From NCBI GenBank assembly GCA_028866995.1, contig JAGWHD010000001.1, positions 17,030-81,029 of the forward strand: a stretch of 64,000 nucleotides of DNA. The letters run 5' to 3'. Below are positions 51,034-59,484 of the stretch, piece by piece. Source of the DNA: Candidatus Micrarchaeota archaeon (GTDB lineage Archaea; Micrarchaeota; Micrarchaeia; Micrarchaeales; CABMGC01). The position numbers and the translations under genes were made by a program. Within the stretch, counting starts at the first letter, position 1. Each line of letters begins with the position of its first letter. Under the pieces are notes generated by a model. It was not told the DNA's origin. It saw only the letters and a list, made by a program, of their open reading frames with translations, and did not search any database.

Positions 51034-53220
51034 TCACCTGCCACTGAGTATGCGCTGCAGCAGCCTGACGACGTCCTTCTGCGCCTTTATGTTGTACTTG
51101 GCGTTGCTCACCGACATGCCCACCTTTATCGAGAACGCGTCCTTCGGCAATACCTCGAAGATGCTCTCGTCTGACGAGTCGTCGCCTATCGCGAGTATGA
51201 AGTCGTGCCTGGTGTTCGACATCAGCTTGATGTAGGACATGCCCTTGCTTACATATGTGTTCATTATCTCTATGTTCTTCTTCCCGTAGATGACCTTGAG
51301 CTCGGAGTTGGCCGTTAGGTTCGTGAGTATGTTGCCTAGCTCCAGCGCGACGTCTGGCGCGTTGGGGCTCTTCGCGTTCCTGTAGTGCCAGGTTATCGAC
51401 ATGTCCTTCTGCTCTATGACCGAGCCCTTCAGCCTCTCCGTGAAGGCTTCGAGTATGGGCATTATGTCATCCTTCCACTTGTCGTCTATGGGCACCAGGC
51501 TCTCCCATGATTGCGAGCCATAGGGCTTGACCCACGCGCCGTGCTCCGCGACCAGCGAGACCTTGACGCTCTTGAATATCCTGTCGAGGGAGCCGCGCGA
51601 TCTGCCGCTGACTATGAAGACGCTGTTGCCCCTGGCCGATGCAAGGCCGTTCAGCATGCTTATGACGGACCCGCTCCTCTTCGAGTACGCGTAGTCCTTG
51701 TGTATCGGTATCAGGGTGCCGTCGTAGTCGAATATGAATAGCCTGTTCTTGGAGCCCCTGTACCTCGAGACCATCTGCTCCTCGCTCTTTGCGTCGAGCG
51801 CCCTAGCGGCCATGATGTTGGAGAGCTTTATGTTGGTCTCTAGGCCTTCTATGAACCTCTCGGCCCACTTCCTTACGCCCAGCTCCTCCAGCTTGTGCAT
51901 CATGTTCCTGTTCGCGACCGCAGTGCCCCTGCCCTTCGTGGCGATGCACTCCTTTATTCGCTTGACTATCTCGTCCTCGTCGTTGGGGTTGACTATCGCT
52001 GCCTCGAACAGCTCCTTGGCTGCGCCTGCGTTCTGGCTGAGTATCAGCAGTCCCTTGTCCCCTCCCTTGACTGCGAGGAACTCCTTCGCTATCAGGTTCA
52101 TCCCGTCCTTTATCGGGAGTATGAGCATTATGTCAGAGGTCTTGTAGAACCCCACAAGCCTGCTGAAGCTTATCTTGCCGTAGGTGTACCATATCGGCAC
52201 CCACCCGTGTACGCCGTACTTGCTGTTTATCCTTCCGACCCTCTCGTCTATCGCCCTCTTGAGCATGCTGTACTGCCTGAGGCTCTCCCTCGACGGCACG
52301 ACTACGAGAGCGTACACGGCCTTGTGCCTCATTCCAGGGTTCTCCTTGAGGAACTTCTCGAAGCTCACCAGTTGCCTGAGTATGCCCTTCGTGTAGTCAA
52401 GCCTGGATATCGAGAAGATCAGCGTCTTGTTGCCGACATATCCCCTTATCTTCCTTATCTCGGCCCTTACCTTTGGCTTGTCTGCCGCGCTCCTGAACTT
52501 CCTGTAGTCTATGCCCATGGGGAAAGCGCCGACCTTGACCACCCTGTCGCTCAGCATTATCCTCCCTGCATAGTTGTCGTAACCGAGCAGCACCCTCACG
52601 CTCTCGAGGAATGCGGAGACGTAGCCGTACGTGTGGAAGCCTATCAGGTCAGAGTACAGTATAGCGTCGAGCAGCTCCTTGTACCACGGGAGCATGGTCA
52701 TGAGGTCATAAGTGGGGAAAGGGGTATGGAGGAAGAACCCTATCCTGGAATTCGGAAGCTTCTGCTTTATGTACTTGGGAAGCACCATGTGGTGGTAGTC
52801 GTTGATCCAGATGAGGTCGTCCGGGCCTGCGAGCTCCGCCACCTTCTGCGCGAATATCTTGTTGACGCGCTCGTACGCCTTCCAGTATGAAGAGGAATAG
52901 GATGCGCGGGTGGGCAGCGAATGGAACAGCGGCCACAGGGTCTTGTTAGCGAAGCCCTCGTAGTACCTCTCCGACAGCCCCTCGGATATGAAGACCGGAT
53001 AGCAGTTGAAGTCCATCTCCATCTTCTTCCTTACAGTGTCCCTGTCCTGCGCCGGGACATCGGCCCATCCTATCCACAGGGCGTTGTAGTCCTCGTAGAA
53101 GGAGCCCAGGCCAGTGGCCAGGCCGCCGACGTTCTGCTCTATTGAGTAATCGCTTCCGACCTTCTTGACCGACAGCGGTAATCTGTTAGAGATTATGATG
53201 AGCCGTCCTTTCTTTTCCAT
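51034..53220 (-). CDS. bifunctional trehalose-6-phosphate synthase / trehalose-6-phosphate phosphatase (GT20 + HAD fusion)
   Basis: N-terminal half: LIIISNRLPLSV..NVGGLATGL..LWIGW..FANKTLWPLFH..NDYHHMVLP (OtsA). C-terminal half: LFIFDYDGTLIP..IVSGR..GDDSSDE (OtsB HAD motifs). ATG 53220 is chosen over 53280. Confidence 0.85.
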   Translation of the reverse strand: MEKKGRLIIISNRLPLSVKKVGSDYSIEQNVGGLATGLGSFYEDYNALWIGWADVPAQDRDTVRKKMEMDFNCYPVFISEGLSERYYEGFANKTLWPLFHSLPTRASYSSSYWKAYERVNKIFAQKVAELAGPDDLIWINDYHHMVLPKYIKQKLPNSRIGFFLHTPFPTYDLMTMLPWYKELLDAILYSDLIGFHTYGYVSAFLESVRVLLGYDNYAGRIMLSDRVVKVGAFPMGIDYRKFRSAADKPKVRAEIRKIRGYVGNKTLIFSISRLDYTKGILRQLVSFEKFLKENPGMRHKAVYALVVVPSRESLRQYSMLKRAIDERVGRINSKYGVHGWVPIWYTYGKISFSRLVGFYKTSDIMLILPIKDGMNLIAKEFLAVKGGDKGLLILSQNAGAAKELFEAAIVNPNDEDEIVKRIKECIATKGRGTAVANRNMMHKLEELGVRKWAERFIEGLETNIKLSNIMAARALDAKSEEQMVSRYRGSKNRLFIFDYDGTLIPIHKDYAYSKRSGSVISMLNGLASARGNSVFIVSGRSRGSLDRIFKSVKVSLVAEHGAWVKPYGSQSWESLVPIDDKWKDDIMPILEAFTERLKGSVIEQKDMSITWHYRNAKSPNAPDVALELGNILTNLTANSELKVIYGKKNIEIMNTYVSKGMSYIKLMSNTRHDFILAIGDDSSDESIFEVLPKDAFSIKVGMSVSNAKYNIKAQKDVVRLLQRILSGR

Positions 53221-53340
53221 TGATGATAAGTGGCCGCGAGAATATATAATAAGCTTTTCAGCGCGCCGACCATAAAACAATAAAAGAGTATATGGTAATG
53301 CTTAATTGAGAGAGTTGGCGACCAGCGCCGATGGATTTGG

Positions 53341-54549
53341 ATGGCCATAGATGCGACAGAGATAAACGTGTTGAGCACAGTAGTGGGGATCAGCGCCCTG
53401 GTGCTCGTTGCAAGGCTCTTCGCCGCAGGCATGCGGTGGATGAAGATGCCTGAAGTGGTAGGAGAGATACTCGCAGGAATCGTCATGGGTCCCTTCGCGC
53501 TAGGCGGCATCATCGTGATATTCGGCCATCCGCTAATACAGCTCAATCCGCTATTCCTAGCTTTCGCGGAGATCGGAGGCATAATAGTCCTGCTGTCAGC
53601 GGGGCTGGAGTTCACGCTCAAGGACCTGATAAAGGCAGGCATACCCGCGCTGGTCATAGCGCTCTTCGGTGTAGTTGTTCCGTTCGTAATGGGATATTAC
53701 GCCTCGGTAATATTCGGCCTCAACAACACCGAGGCCATGATAGTCGGCGCCACGCTGACTGCCACGAGCATAGCGGTCACGGTCGCAGTGCTCAGGGAGC
53801 TGGACAAGTACGGGACGGAGGAGGCGAAGGTTATGGTGAGCGCAGCGATAATAGACGACATATTGGGCCTTGTGGTGCTGTCCATAGTCATAGCAGTAAT
53901 ACAGAGCAATGTTGTGCCGTCTTACGAGTCGATAGGCATCACGACCGTCAAGGCCTTCGCCATATGGGCGATAGCCCTCATAGGAGCGGTGCTGCTGGTC
54001 CCAAGGCTGCTCAACATAATATCGAAGCCCCATTCGGAGGGAGCCGTCGAGGCCGGCATGACAGGGATAACCTTCGGACTCGCAACATTCGTAGGCATCT
54101 TCGGACTGTCGCCGATAGTCGGGGCGTTCATAGCGGGCATGGCGGCTTCGGAGTCCAAGTTCAAGAAGCTGATAAAGACCTTTGTCTCGAACCTCAGGCT
54201 CATATTCGGCCCTCTCTTCTTTGCGGTAATAGGCACGTACCTCAACGTGAGCAAGCTGACGGCCGCAAATTTTGACCTGATACTGGTGCTGGTTGTCGTC
54301 GCGGTGGTGGGCAAGTACCTCGGATGCGGACTTCCGGCCTCGTTCTTCCTAAAGAGCATGAAGAAGGGGATGAGGGTCGGCTACGGCATGATATCCAGGG
54401 GAGAGGTGGGCTTCGTAGTCATAGGCATATCGCTGACGTCGCAGGTCATAACCGAGACGACCTATTCTGTGCTCCTTCTCGTCCTGATAGTGACGACGAT
54501 GGCGTCGCCGGTCCTGCTCAAGAGGGCGTACGACCACTACGAGGACTAG
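53341..54549 (+). CDS. monovalent cation:proton antiporter (CPA2, Kef/NapA-like)
   Basis: PEVVGEILAGIVMGPFALG.. with about 12 TM segments and no KTN domain. Confidence 0.8.
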   Translation: MAIDATEINVLSTVVGISALVLVARLFAAGMRWMKMPEVVGEILAGIVMGPFALGGIIVIFGHPLIQLNPLFLAFAEIGGIIVLLSAGLEFTLKDLIKAGIPALVIALFGVVVPFVMGYYASVIFGLNNTEAMIVGATLTATSIAVTVAVLRELDKYGTEEAKVMVSAAIIDDILGLVVLSIVIAVIQSNVVPSYESIGITTVKAFAIWAIALIGAVLLVPRLLNIISKPHSEGAVEAGMTGITFGLATFVGIFGLSPIVGAFIAGMAASESKFKKLIKTFVSNLRLIFGPLFFAVIGTYLNVSKLTAANFDLILVLVVVAVVGKYLGCGLPASFFLKSMKKGMRVGYGMISRGEVGFVVIGISLTSQVITETTYSVLLLVLIVTTMASPVLLKRAYDHYED

Positions 54550-55583
54550 GATGCTGCGCGCATCGCCAGCTCAGCCGCCCTGCGCACGTCCTCATGCTGC
54601 TCCGCATCGGTCCTCAGCGCCATGGAGAGCAGCATCCCCATGCCTTCCCTCTCATGCCTGAACCTTCGGTTTATCTCCGCAAGGGCCGCGTTGGTCGATT
54701 GGGCAGGCGTCATGCCGTCGGCCGTGTCGAAGTGGGACTGCGTCAGGGCCGAGACGTTCTTGAGCGTTATGGCGAGCGGGTTCATCATGAGCACGTACTT
54801 CTTGAGGAGACTGTGCTGTTCGCTGTGCTCTTCGTGGTCCTTACCTATCGCGGTCATCGCCTTCATGAGGTATTGGTCGCCGAGGTGCCTTGCCTGGTGA
54901 GGCAGCTCTATCAGCCTCACTAGCGCGTCAATCACGGAACTCTTGGGGTGCAGCCGTCCCAGTGGGTTGAAGTTGAAGTGCACCAGCGTGGCTACGTCAA
55001 GATACCTAGGCATCGAGTGTACCTGCTCCTTCAAAGCGCCCTGCGAGGCCCATGTCATCGGACCGTTCGCTACCAATTCGCGGACAGCGTACTTGAGGAC
55101 CCTCCCGTCGCCGTTGCGCAGGATATCCTCCTTTCCCGCCGTCTTCAGCTCGTGCATCAGGTACTTGTCCCCGAGGAGATGCGCGCAGGTCATCTCTATC
55201 GACTGCAGACGCGTCATCAGGATCGGAGGACTGCGCCAGCTTTGCACTAGCGCGTCGAGTTCAGTTTCGCCGATGTTTGGAAGCAGCTCGTAAGCGGTGC
55301 CTATTATCGCCGATCGCGCGCCCTGGTCGTCAATCGCCCTGTAGACGTCGCTTCTGAGAGTTGCTGCAGCGTCAGGATGCGAGCGCGCGTTGTCCAGTCT
55401 GTTCATTCTGCGTATGCTCTCCCCGTACAGTCTCAGCTGCTCGTTGCGGCGCAGCATGACGCCCAAGGAATCACGCATCTGCGCTACCGCAGGATGCTCA
55501 ATGGCACGCTGTGCCCGGACCACTGGCTCTACCTTTCTGAAATTCCCAGAAGGCATAACTCTCGCCGATTGATTCATGCTCAA
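54546..55583 (-). CDS. hypothetical all-alpha protein with internal repeat
   Basis: 345 aa. The repeated segment is HLLGDKYLMHELKTAGKED / HLGDQYLMKAMTAIGKDHE, about 100 aa apart. No known catalytic motif recognised. Confidence 0.5.
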   Translation of the reverse strand: MSMNQSARVMPSGNFRKVEPVVRAQRAIEHPAVAQMRDSLGVMLRRNEQLRLYGESIRRMNRLDNARSHPDAAATLRSDVYRAIDDQGARSAIIGTAYELLPNIGETELDALVQSWRSPPILMTRLQSIEMTCAHLLGDKYLMHELKTAGKEDILRNGDGRVLKYAVRELVANGPMTWASQGALKEQVHSMPRYLDVATLVHFNFNPLGRLHPKSSVIDALVRLIELPHQARHLGDQYLMKAMTAIGKDHEEHSEQHSLLKKYVLMMNPLAITLKNVSALTQSHFDTADGMTPAQSTNAALAEINRRFRHEREGMGMLLSMALRTDAEQHEDVRRAAELAMRAAS

Positions 55584-55726
55584 TGACGTATTTAAAGCGT
55601 GTGAGACGGCACACGCTTCTGAATGAACCTCCTAAAAAGGTTTAAATATGGTCAAATGCGCAATATATTTACCGCATACTGCACGGCTAGTCCTCTTTTA
55701 TATAAGTTTGTCGCAATTGCTTATTC

Positions 55727-56071
55727 ATGGCGCTTGACAACATAGACAACACAATAGAGTTCCTCAACGACTGGGAGGCGAAGCAGAACAGCCTGGACCA
55801 GGCAGGGACGCAGCAGGGCTCGAGGGTCCTGATAGGTACAGTGGAGGAGTTCTTCGACAGGATCAATGTAGCTGCGGTGAAGCTGACGCAGAGCCTCAAG
55901 GTGGGCGACGTCATAGAGGTAGGCAACGAGGAGGAGGCGGTGAGGCAGAAGGTTTCGAGCATGCAGATAGACAGGAACGATGTTGAGGAGGCTGGAGGCG
56001 GGGACTCGGTAGGGATAAAGCTGAACCACAAGGTGCCGCTTGGCAGCGAAGTGTACAAGATACTTCGTTGA
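55727..56071 (+). CDS. small beta-barrel protein resembling EF-Tu domain 2
   Basis: VLIGTVEEFFDRINVAAVKLTQSLKVGDVIEVGN..GDSVGIKLNHKVPLGSEVYKI. A TATA-like CTTTTATATAAG lies about 24 nt upstream. Confidence 0.45.
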   Translation: MALDNIDNTIEFLNDWEAKQNSLDQAGTQQGSRVLIGTVEEFFDRINVAAVKLTQSLKVGDVIEVGNEEEAVRQKVSSMQIDRNDVEEAGGGDSVGIKLNHKVPLGSEVYKILR

Positions 56072-56121
56072 TTCTGATTATGCTTTTGTAGGTTGGTGAT
56101 CATTTGGACAGAAGAACGGAA

Positions 56122-56415
56122 ATGGAGCTGGAGCGGCACAACATGACAGCGTTCCAGATAAAAGTGCTTGATGCTACGATGAGGATACCTAAAGGGCAGA
56201 CACGGACCTACAAGCAGATAGCTGCGAGCGTAGGAAGGCCGAGGGCTTACAGGGCAGTTGGAACAGCTCTGAGGCTGAATCCTCTTCCGATAAGGATACC
56301 GTGCCACAGGGTTGTAAGGTCTGATGGGCTTGGCAGCTATTCTGGTTTCAGGAACAGCAGGAAAAAGAGGGAGCTGCTGAAGAGGGAAGGGGTTGATGTT
56401 GAAAGGTTTGGTTGA
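56122..56415 (+). CDS. ogt: methylated-DNA--protein-cysteine methyltransferase (DNA-binding/active-site domain only)
   Basis: FQIKVLDATMRIPKGQTRTYKQIA..RAVGTALRLNPLPIRIPCHRVV (PCHR active site). The first ATG is 56122. Confidence 0.8.
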   Translation: MELERHNMTAFQIKVLDATMRIPKGQTRTYKQIAASVGRPRAYRAVGTALRLNPLPIRIPCHRVVRSDGLGSYSGFRNSRKKRELLKREGVDVERFG

Positions 56416-56419
56416 TGCG

Positions 56420-56722
56420 ATGGAGAAGATGATAGGCAAGGTATCGGATTTCGCAGAAGGATCTGGAAAGATGGTTGCGGTTGACGGGAAGGCAGTGGCC
56501 GTTTTCAACATAGATGGCAAGCTGTTCGCCGTGGACGAGCTGTGCACGCATGCGCACGGGCCGCTTCATGAGGGCAGCGTCGAGAACTATGCAGTGGAAT
56601 GCCCGTGGCATGGGTCCAGGTTCGATTTGAAAAGCGGAAGGGTCGTGCAGGGGCCCGCAAGGAATCCGGTAAGCACGTACAAGGTCGTCATCAAGGGGCA
56701 GGAGGTATTCCTCGATATCTGA
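56420..56722 (+). CDS. Rieske [2Fe-2S] ferredoxin-like protein
   Basis: CTHAHGPL...CPWHGSRFDLKSG (CxH..CxxH). ATG 56420 lies just after the ogt stop. Confidence 0.8.
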   Translation: MEKMIGKVSDFAEGSGKMVAVDGKAVAVFNIDGKLFAVDELCTHAHGPLHEGSVENYAVECPWHGSRFDLKSGRVVQGPARNPVSTYKVVIKGQEVFLDI

Positions 56723-57758
56723 CCATTGCAGCGAGGCTCTTCGCGTAAGGCCTCCTGGCTATGCCTCTCTCGGTGACTATCGCGCTGACCAGGCTGTCTG
56801 GCGTTATGTCGAATGCGGGGTTCAGCACCTGCGCGTCCTGAATTGTTATCTGCAGCCTTCCGAGTATGTTCCTTACCTCCTCAGGCTTTCTCTGCTCTAT
56901 CGGTATCGTCTTGCCCTTGGGATCTATCGTCGATACAGGAGCAGCGACGTAGAAGGGAATTTTGTGGTACTTAGCGAGCACGGCAAGCCCGTAGGTGCCT
57001 ATCTTGTTCGCCACAGTGCCGTTCATCAGTATCCTGTCTGCGCCCAGAAGGACCTTGCTGATCTTCTCCTCCTTCATGGCGTACGCAGCCATGTTGTCTG
57101 TGATTAGCTTGGCTGGGATTCCGTCCCTCTTCAGTTCCCACATGGTGAGCCTCGCCCCTTGATACAGCGGCGCAGTGGTTGTCGCTATCACTCTTATGTC
57201 CTTGCCCGACTGCCACGCGGTGCGTATTATGCCGTACGAGGTGCCCCATCCCCCGGTAGCCAGAGCGCCAGCATTGCAGTGAGTGAGTATGACGTCGCCG
57301 TCCTTCACCAGCGCGTTCCCGTGCCTTCCCATATCCTTGTCCGCCTGCACGTCCTCCTCGTGTATCGCCTTGGCCTCCTTGAGGAGCAGCGTCTTTGTGT
57401 CGTCAGTCGGAACGTCCGGGCCGCTCAGCCCAGTGTATCTTGAGAGCATCCTGTCGAGCGCCCAGAAGAGGTTTACTGCCGTCGGCCGTGTCCTCCTGAG
57501 CCGTTCGTATGCCTGCATGACATTTGTCTTCATCTCGCCCTTCCCGCGGGACAGGTGCGCCGCAAGCGCAATCCCGTAAGCCGCAGCTATCCCGATGGCA
57601 GGCGCCCCCCTTATCTCCAGCGCCTCTATGGCCTTCGCTAGCTGCTCTACGGAGCTGCTCGCCTTCCATTCCTCTCCCCATGGGATCCTCGTCTGGTCTA
57701 TCCAGGATATGCTGCCGTTGTCCCATCTGACAGGCGTTATATCGGCCAATCTTCTCAT
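56691..57758 (-). CDS. mtnA: methylthioribose-1-phosphate isomerase / aIF-2B-related sugar-phosphate isomerase
   Basis: IRGAPAIGIAAAYGIALA..THCNAGALAT..GTSYGIIR..VLLGADRI..NGTVANKIGTY. Confidence 0.8.
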   Translation of the reverse strand: MRRLADITPVRWDNGSISWIDQTRIPWGEEWKASSSVEQLAKAIEALEIRGAPAIGIAAAYGIALAAHLSRGKGEMKTNVMQAYERLRRTRPTAVNLFWALDRMLSRYTGLSGPDVPTDDTKTLLLKEAKAIHEEDVQADKDMGRHGNALVKDGDVILTHCNAGALATGGWGTSYGIIRTAWQSGKDIRVIATTTAPLYQGARLTMWELKRDGIPAKLITDNMAAYAMKEEKISKVLLGADRILMNGTVANKIGTYGLAVLAKYHKIPFYVAAPVSTIDPKGKTIPIEQRKPEEVRNILGRLQITIQDAQVLNPAFDITPDSLVSAIVTERGIARRPYAKSLAAMVRYRGIPPAP

Positions 57759-57783
57759 GTGCCATCACTTGCCTCTTGTCCAG

Positions 57784-58509
57784 TCATATTATTGAGGTGA
57801 GTACGAATATAAGCAGGGCTGCGCTCGTTGTCGGTATCATCATCTTCCACCACGTGTGCTGGAAGGTCTCCCTCATTATGCTCGATGCGCCCAGGTAGAT
57901 GAACTCCCCTGTGAAGATCGCGAGTATCACCGCAAGATACGCTTCGGGTATGGCTATCGCGTACGTCGAGAGCACTCCGATTATTGGAGCTATCGCGTCC
58001 ATCATAAGGAATGTCGCGGCCCTTTTCACGTTGTGCCTGTTCCTGAACATTACAGTCACGGTGTTTATCCCGTCGTTGAAATCGTGGAATATGACCGCGA
58101 GCGCCACTATGATGCCTATGGCAGGGTTCGCCTGGTACGCCACGCCTATCGCCACTCCGTCGAGGAAGCTGTGGATAGTAAGGCTGCTTGCGCCTATGGG
58201 GCCCATTATGTGCCCTTTCTCCTCTATCTCGCCCTCGTGGTAGTGGTGCACTAGGAAGATGCGCTCTATGAAGTTATAGAAAAGGTATGATGCGACTATG
58301 GCGATCATGAGGTACCTTACCGGCATGCCCAGGCTTGAGGCTATGCCCAGCCCCTCTGGGAATATGTCGAAGAATGCGACTGCTATAAGGCTGCCGGCTG
58401 CGAACGCGAAGAAGTATGGCAGGTATCTCCTCAGTTTTATCGCGACCGCGCCGCCTGCCAACGTTGAGGAGAAGGTCATAAGCGCGAGCAGCAGCACTAC
58501 GGTATCCAT
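57784..58509 (-). CDS. ZIP family divalent metal (zinc) transporter
   Basis: HSFLDGVAIGV and IFHDFNDGINTV motifs; His/Glu-rich loop HHYHEGEIEEKGH. Confidence 0.75.
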   Translation of the reverse strand: MDTVVLLLALMTFSSTLAGGAVAIKLRRYLPYFFAFAAGSLIAVAFFDIFPEGLGIASSLGMPVRYLMIAIVASYLFYNFIERIFLVHHYHEGEIEEKGHIMGPIGASSLTIHSFLDGVAIGVAYQANPAIGIIVALAVIFHDFNDGINTVTVMFRNRHNVKRAATFLMMDAIAPIIGVLSTYAIAIPEAYLAVILAIFTGEFIYLGASSIMRETFQHTWWKMMIPTTSAALLIFVLTSII

Positions 58510-58616
58510 GGCGCATCACTTGAGGAGTTAGATGCCAGGCAAGATTAATAAATATTTTGATATAAATTAATAATAATTGTGAGAATTATCCTGATTGTTA
58601 ATAATAAGTGGCCAGA

Positions 58617-59012
58617 ATGGAGATAATCAGCATATCGCTAGATTCCGAGACCCTTAAGAGGGTGAATGAGATACAGGAAAGGCTGGGCTTCAAGAGCAGG
58701 TCAAAGATGCTGAGGAGCGCAATGCAGAGCCTGATCAACGACTACGGGGGCATGGGCTCGCTTGGCGGGGAGGTGGAGAGCGTATTCGTGGTGACGTACA
58801 AGGAGAATGAGAGGAACCATGTGTCGGACATACTGCACAGGTTCAAGGACGTGGTTGAGACGGAGATGCACCATCACCATGCGGGCAAGGGAATAGACGT
58901 GCTGAACCTGGACACGAGCGCAGCGAGGACCAAGGAGCTGTTCAACGAGCTGAAGAGGTCAAAGTGCGTGAGCTCCGTCACCTGCTCGGTGATAAGCGAG
59001 AGGAAAAGATAA
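58617..59012 (+). CDS. NikR-like metal-responsive regulator (RHH + ACT-like metal-binding domain)
   Basis: MEIISISLDSETLKRVNEIQERLGFKSRSKMLRSAMQSLI (RHH), then VFVVTYKE....EMHHHHAGKGIDVL. Divergent from the ZIP transporter. Confidence 0.6.
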   Translation: MEIISISLDSETLKRVNEIQERLGFKSRSKMLRSAMQSLINDYGGMGSLGGEVESVFVVTYKENERNHVSDILHRFKDVVETEMHHHHAGKGIDVLNLDTSAARTKELFNELKRSKCVSSVTCSVISERKR

Positions 59013-59056
59013 AGAAAAAGGAGGCACGAAGGCCTCCAACAAGACAAGTTCTCCTT

Positions 59057-59404
59057 TTACTTGCTTTCCATGCCGGAGCCTATGCTTCCAAGGACGTATC
59101 CCAGAAGGACAGCCCAGCCCCATCCCATGTTGCCCGCGAGCGCGGTCAACGCGAACAGAGCCATTCCTCCGAAGGTCTCGGTCTTCATGACCCACATGGC
59201 CAGCTCCTTGCTCTTCATCTGCAGGCTTGCCAGTGTGCACAGGAAGAACGATACGGACAGAACAGCCGCGACGCCCAGCAGTATCGCCTGCCAGTCGCTC
59301 GGAGTTCCATACCATCCGCTCCAGAGGCTCCACAACACGTATAGGTAGATCAAGCTACCTATCAGCTTCAGGCCGAACGGGGCCCAGTTGGTTCCTTTTG
59401 CCAT
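59057..59404 (-). CDS. small membrane protein (about 4 TM), unknown function
   Basis: 115 aa with W/G/L-rich hydrophobic segments. Confidence 0.5.
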   Translation of the reverse strand: MAKGTNWAPFGLKLIGSLIYLYVLWSLWSGWYGTPSDWQAILLGVAAVLSVSFFLCTLASLQMKSKELAMWVMKTETFGGMALFALTALAGNMGWGWAVLLGYVLGSIGSGMESK

Positions 59405-59484
59405 TACACCACATACCTTATGATAAAGAATGCGAAGGATAGGCTTTTAAAGGTATTCGTGGGCATACGTCGGATAATGCCAGA

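Noticed and set aside
56691-56722. 32-nt overlap of the convergent 3' ends of the Rieske gene and mtnA.
   Set aside because: Short convergent overlaps are common in compact genomes. Nothing in the sequence, such as a hairpin or conserved element, suggests a special regulatory role.
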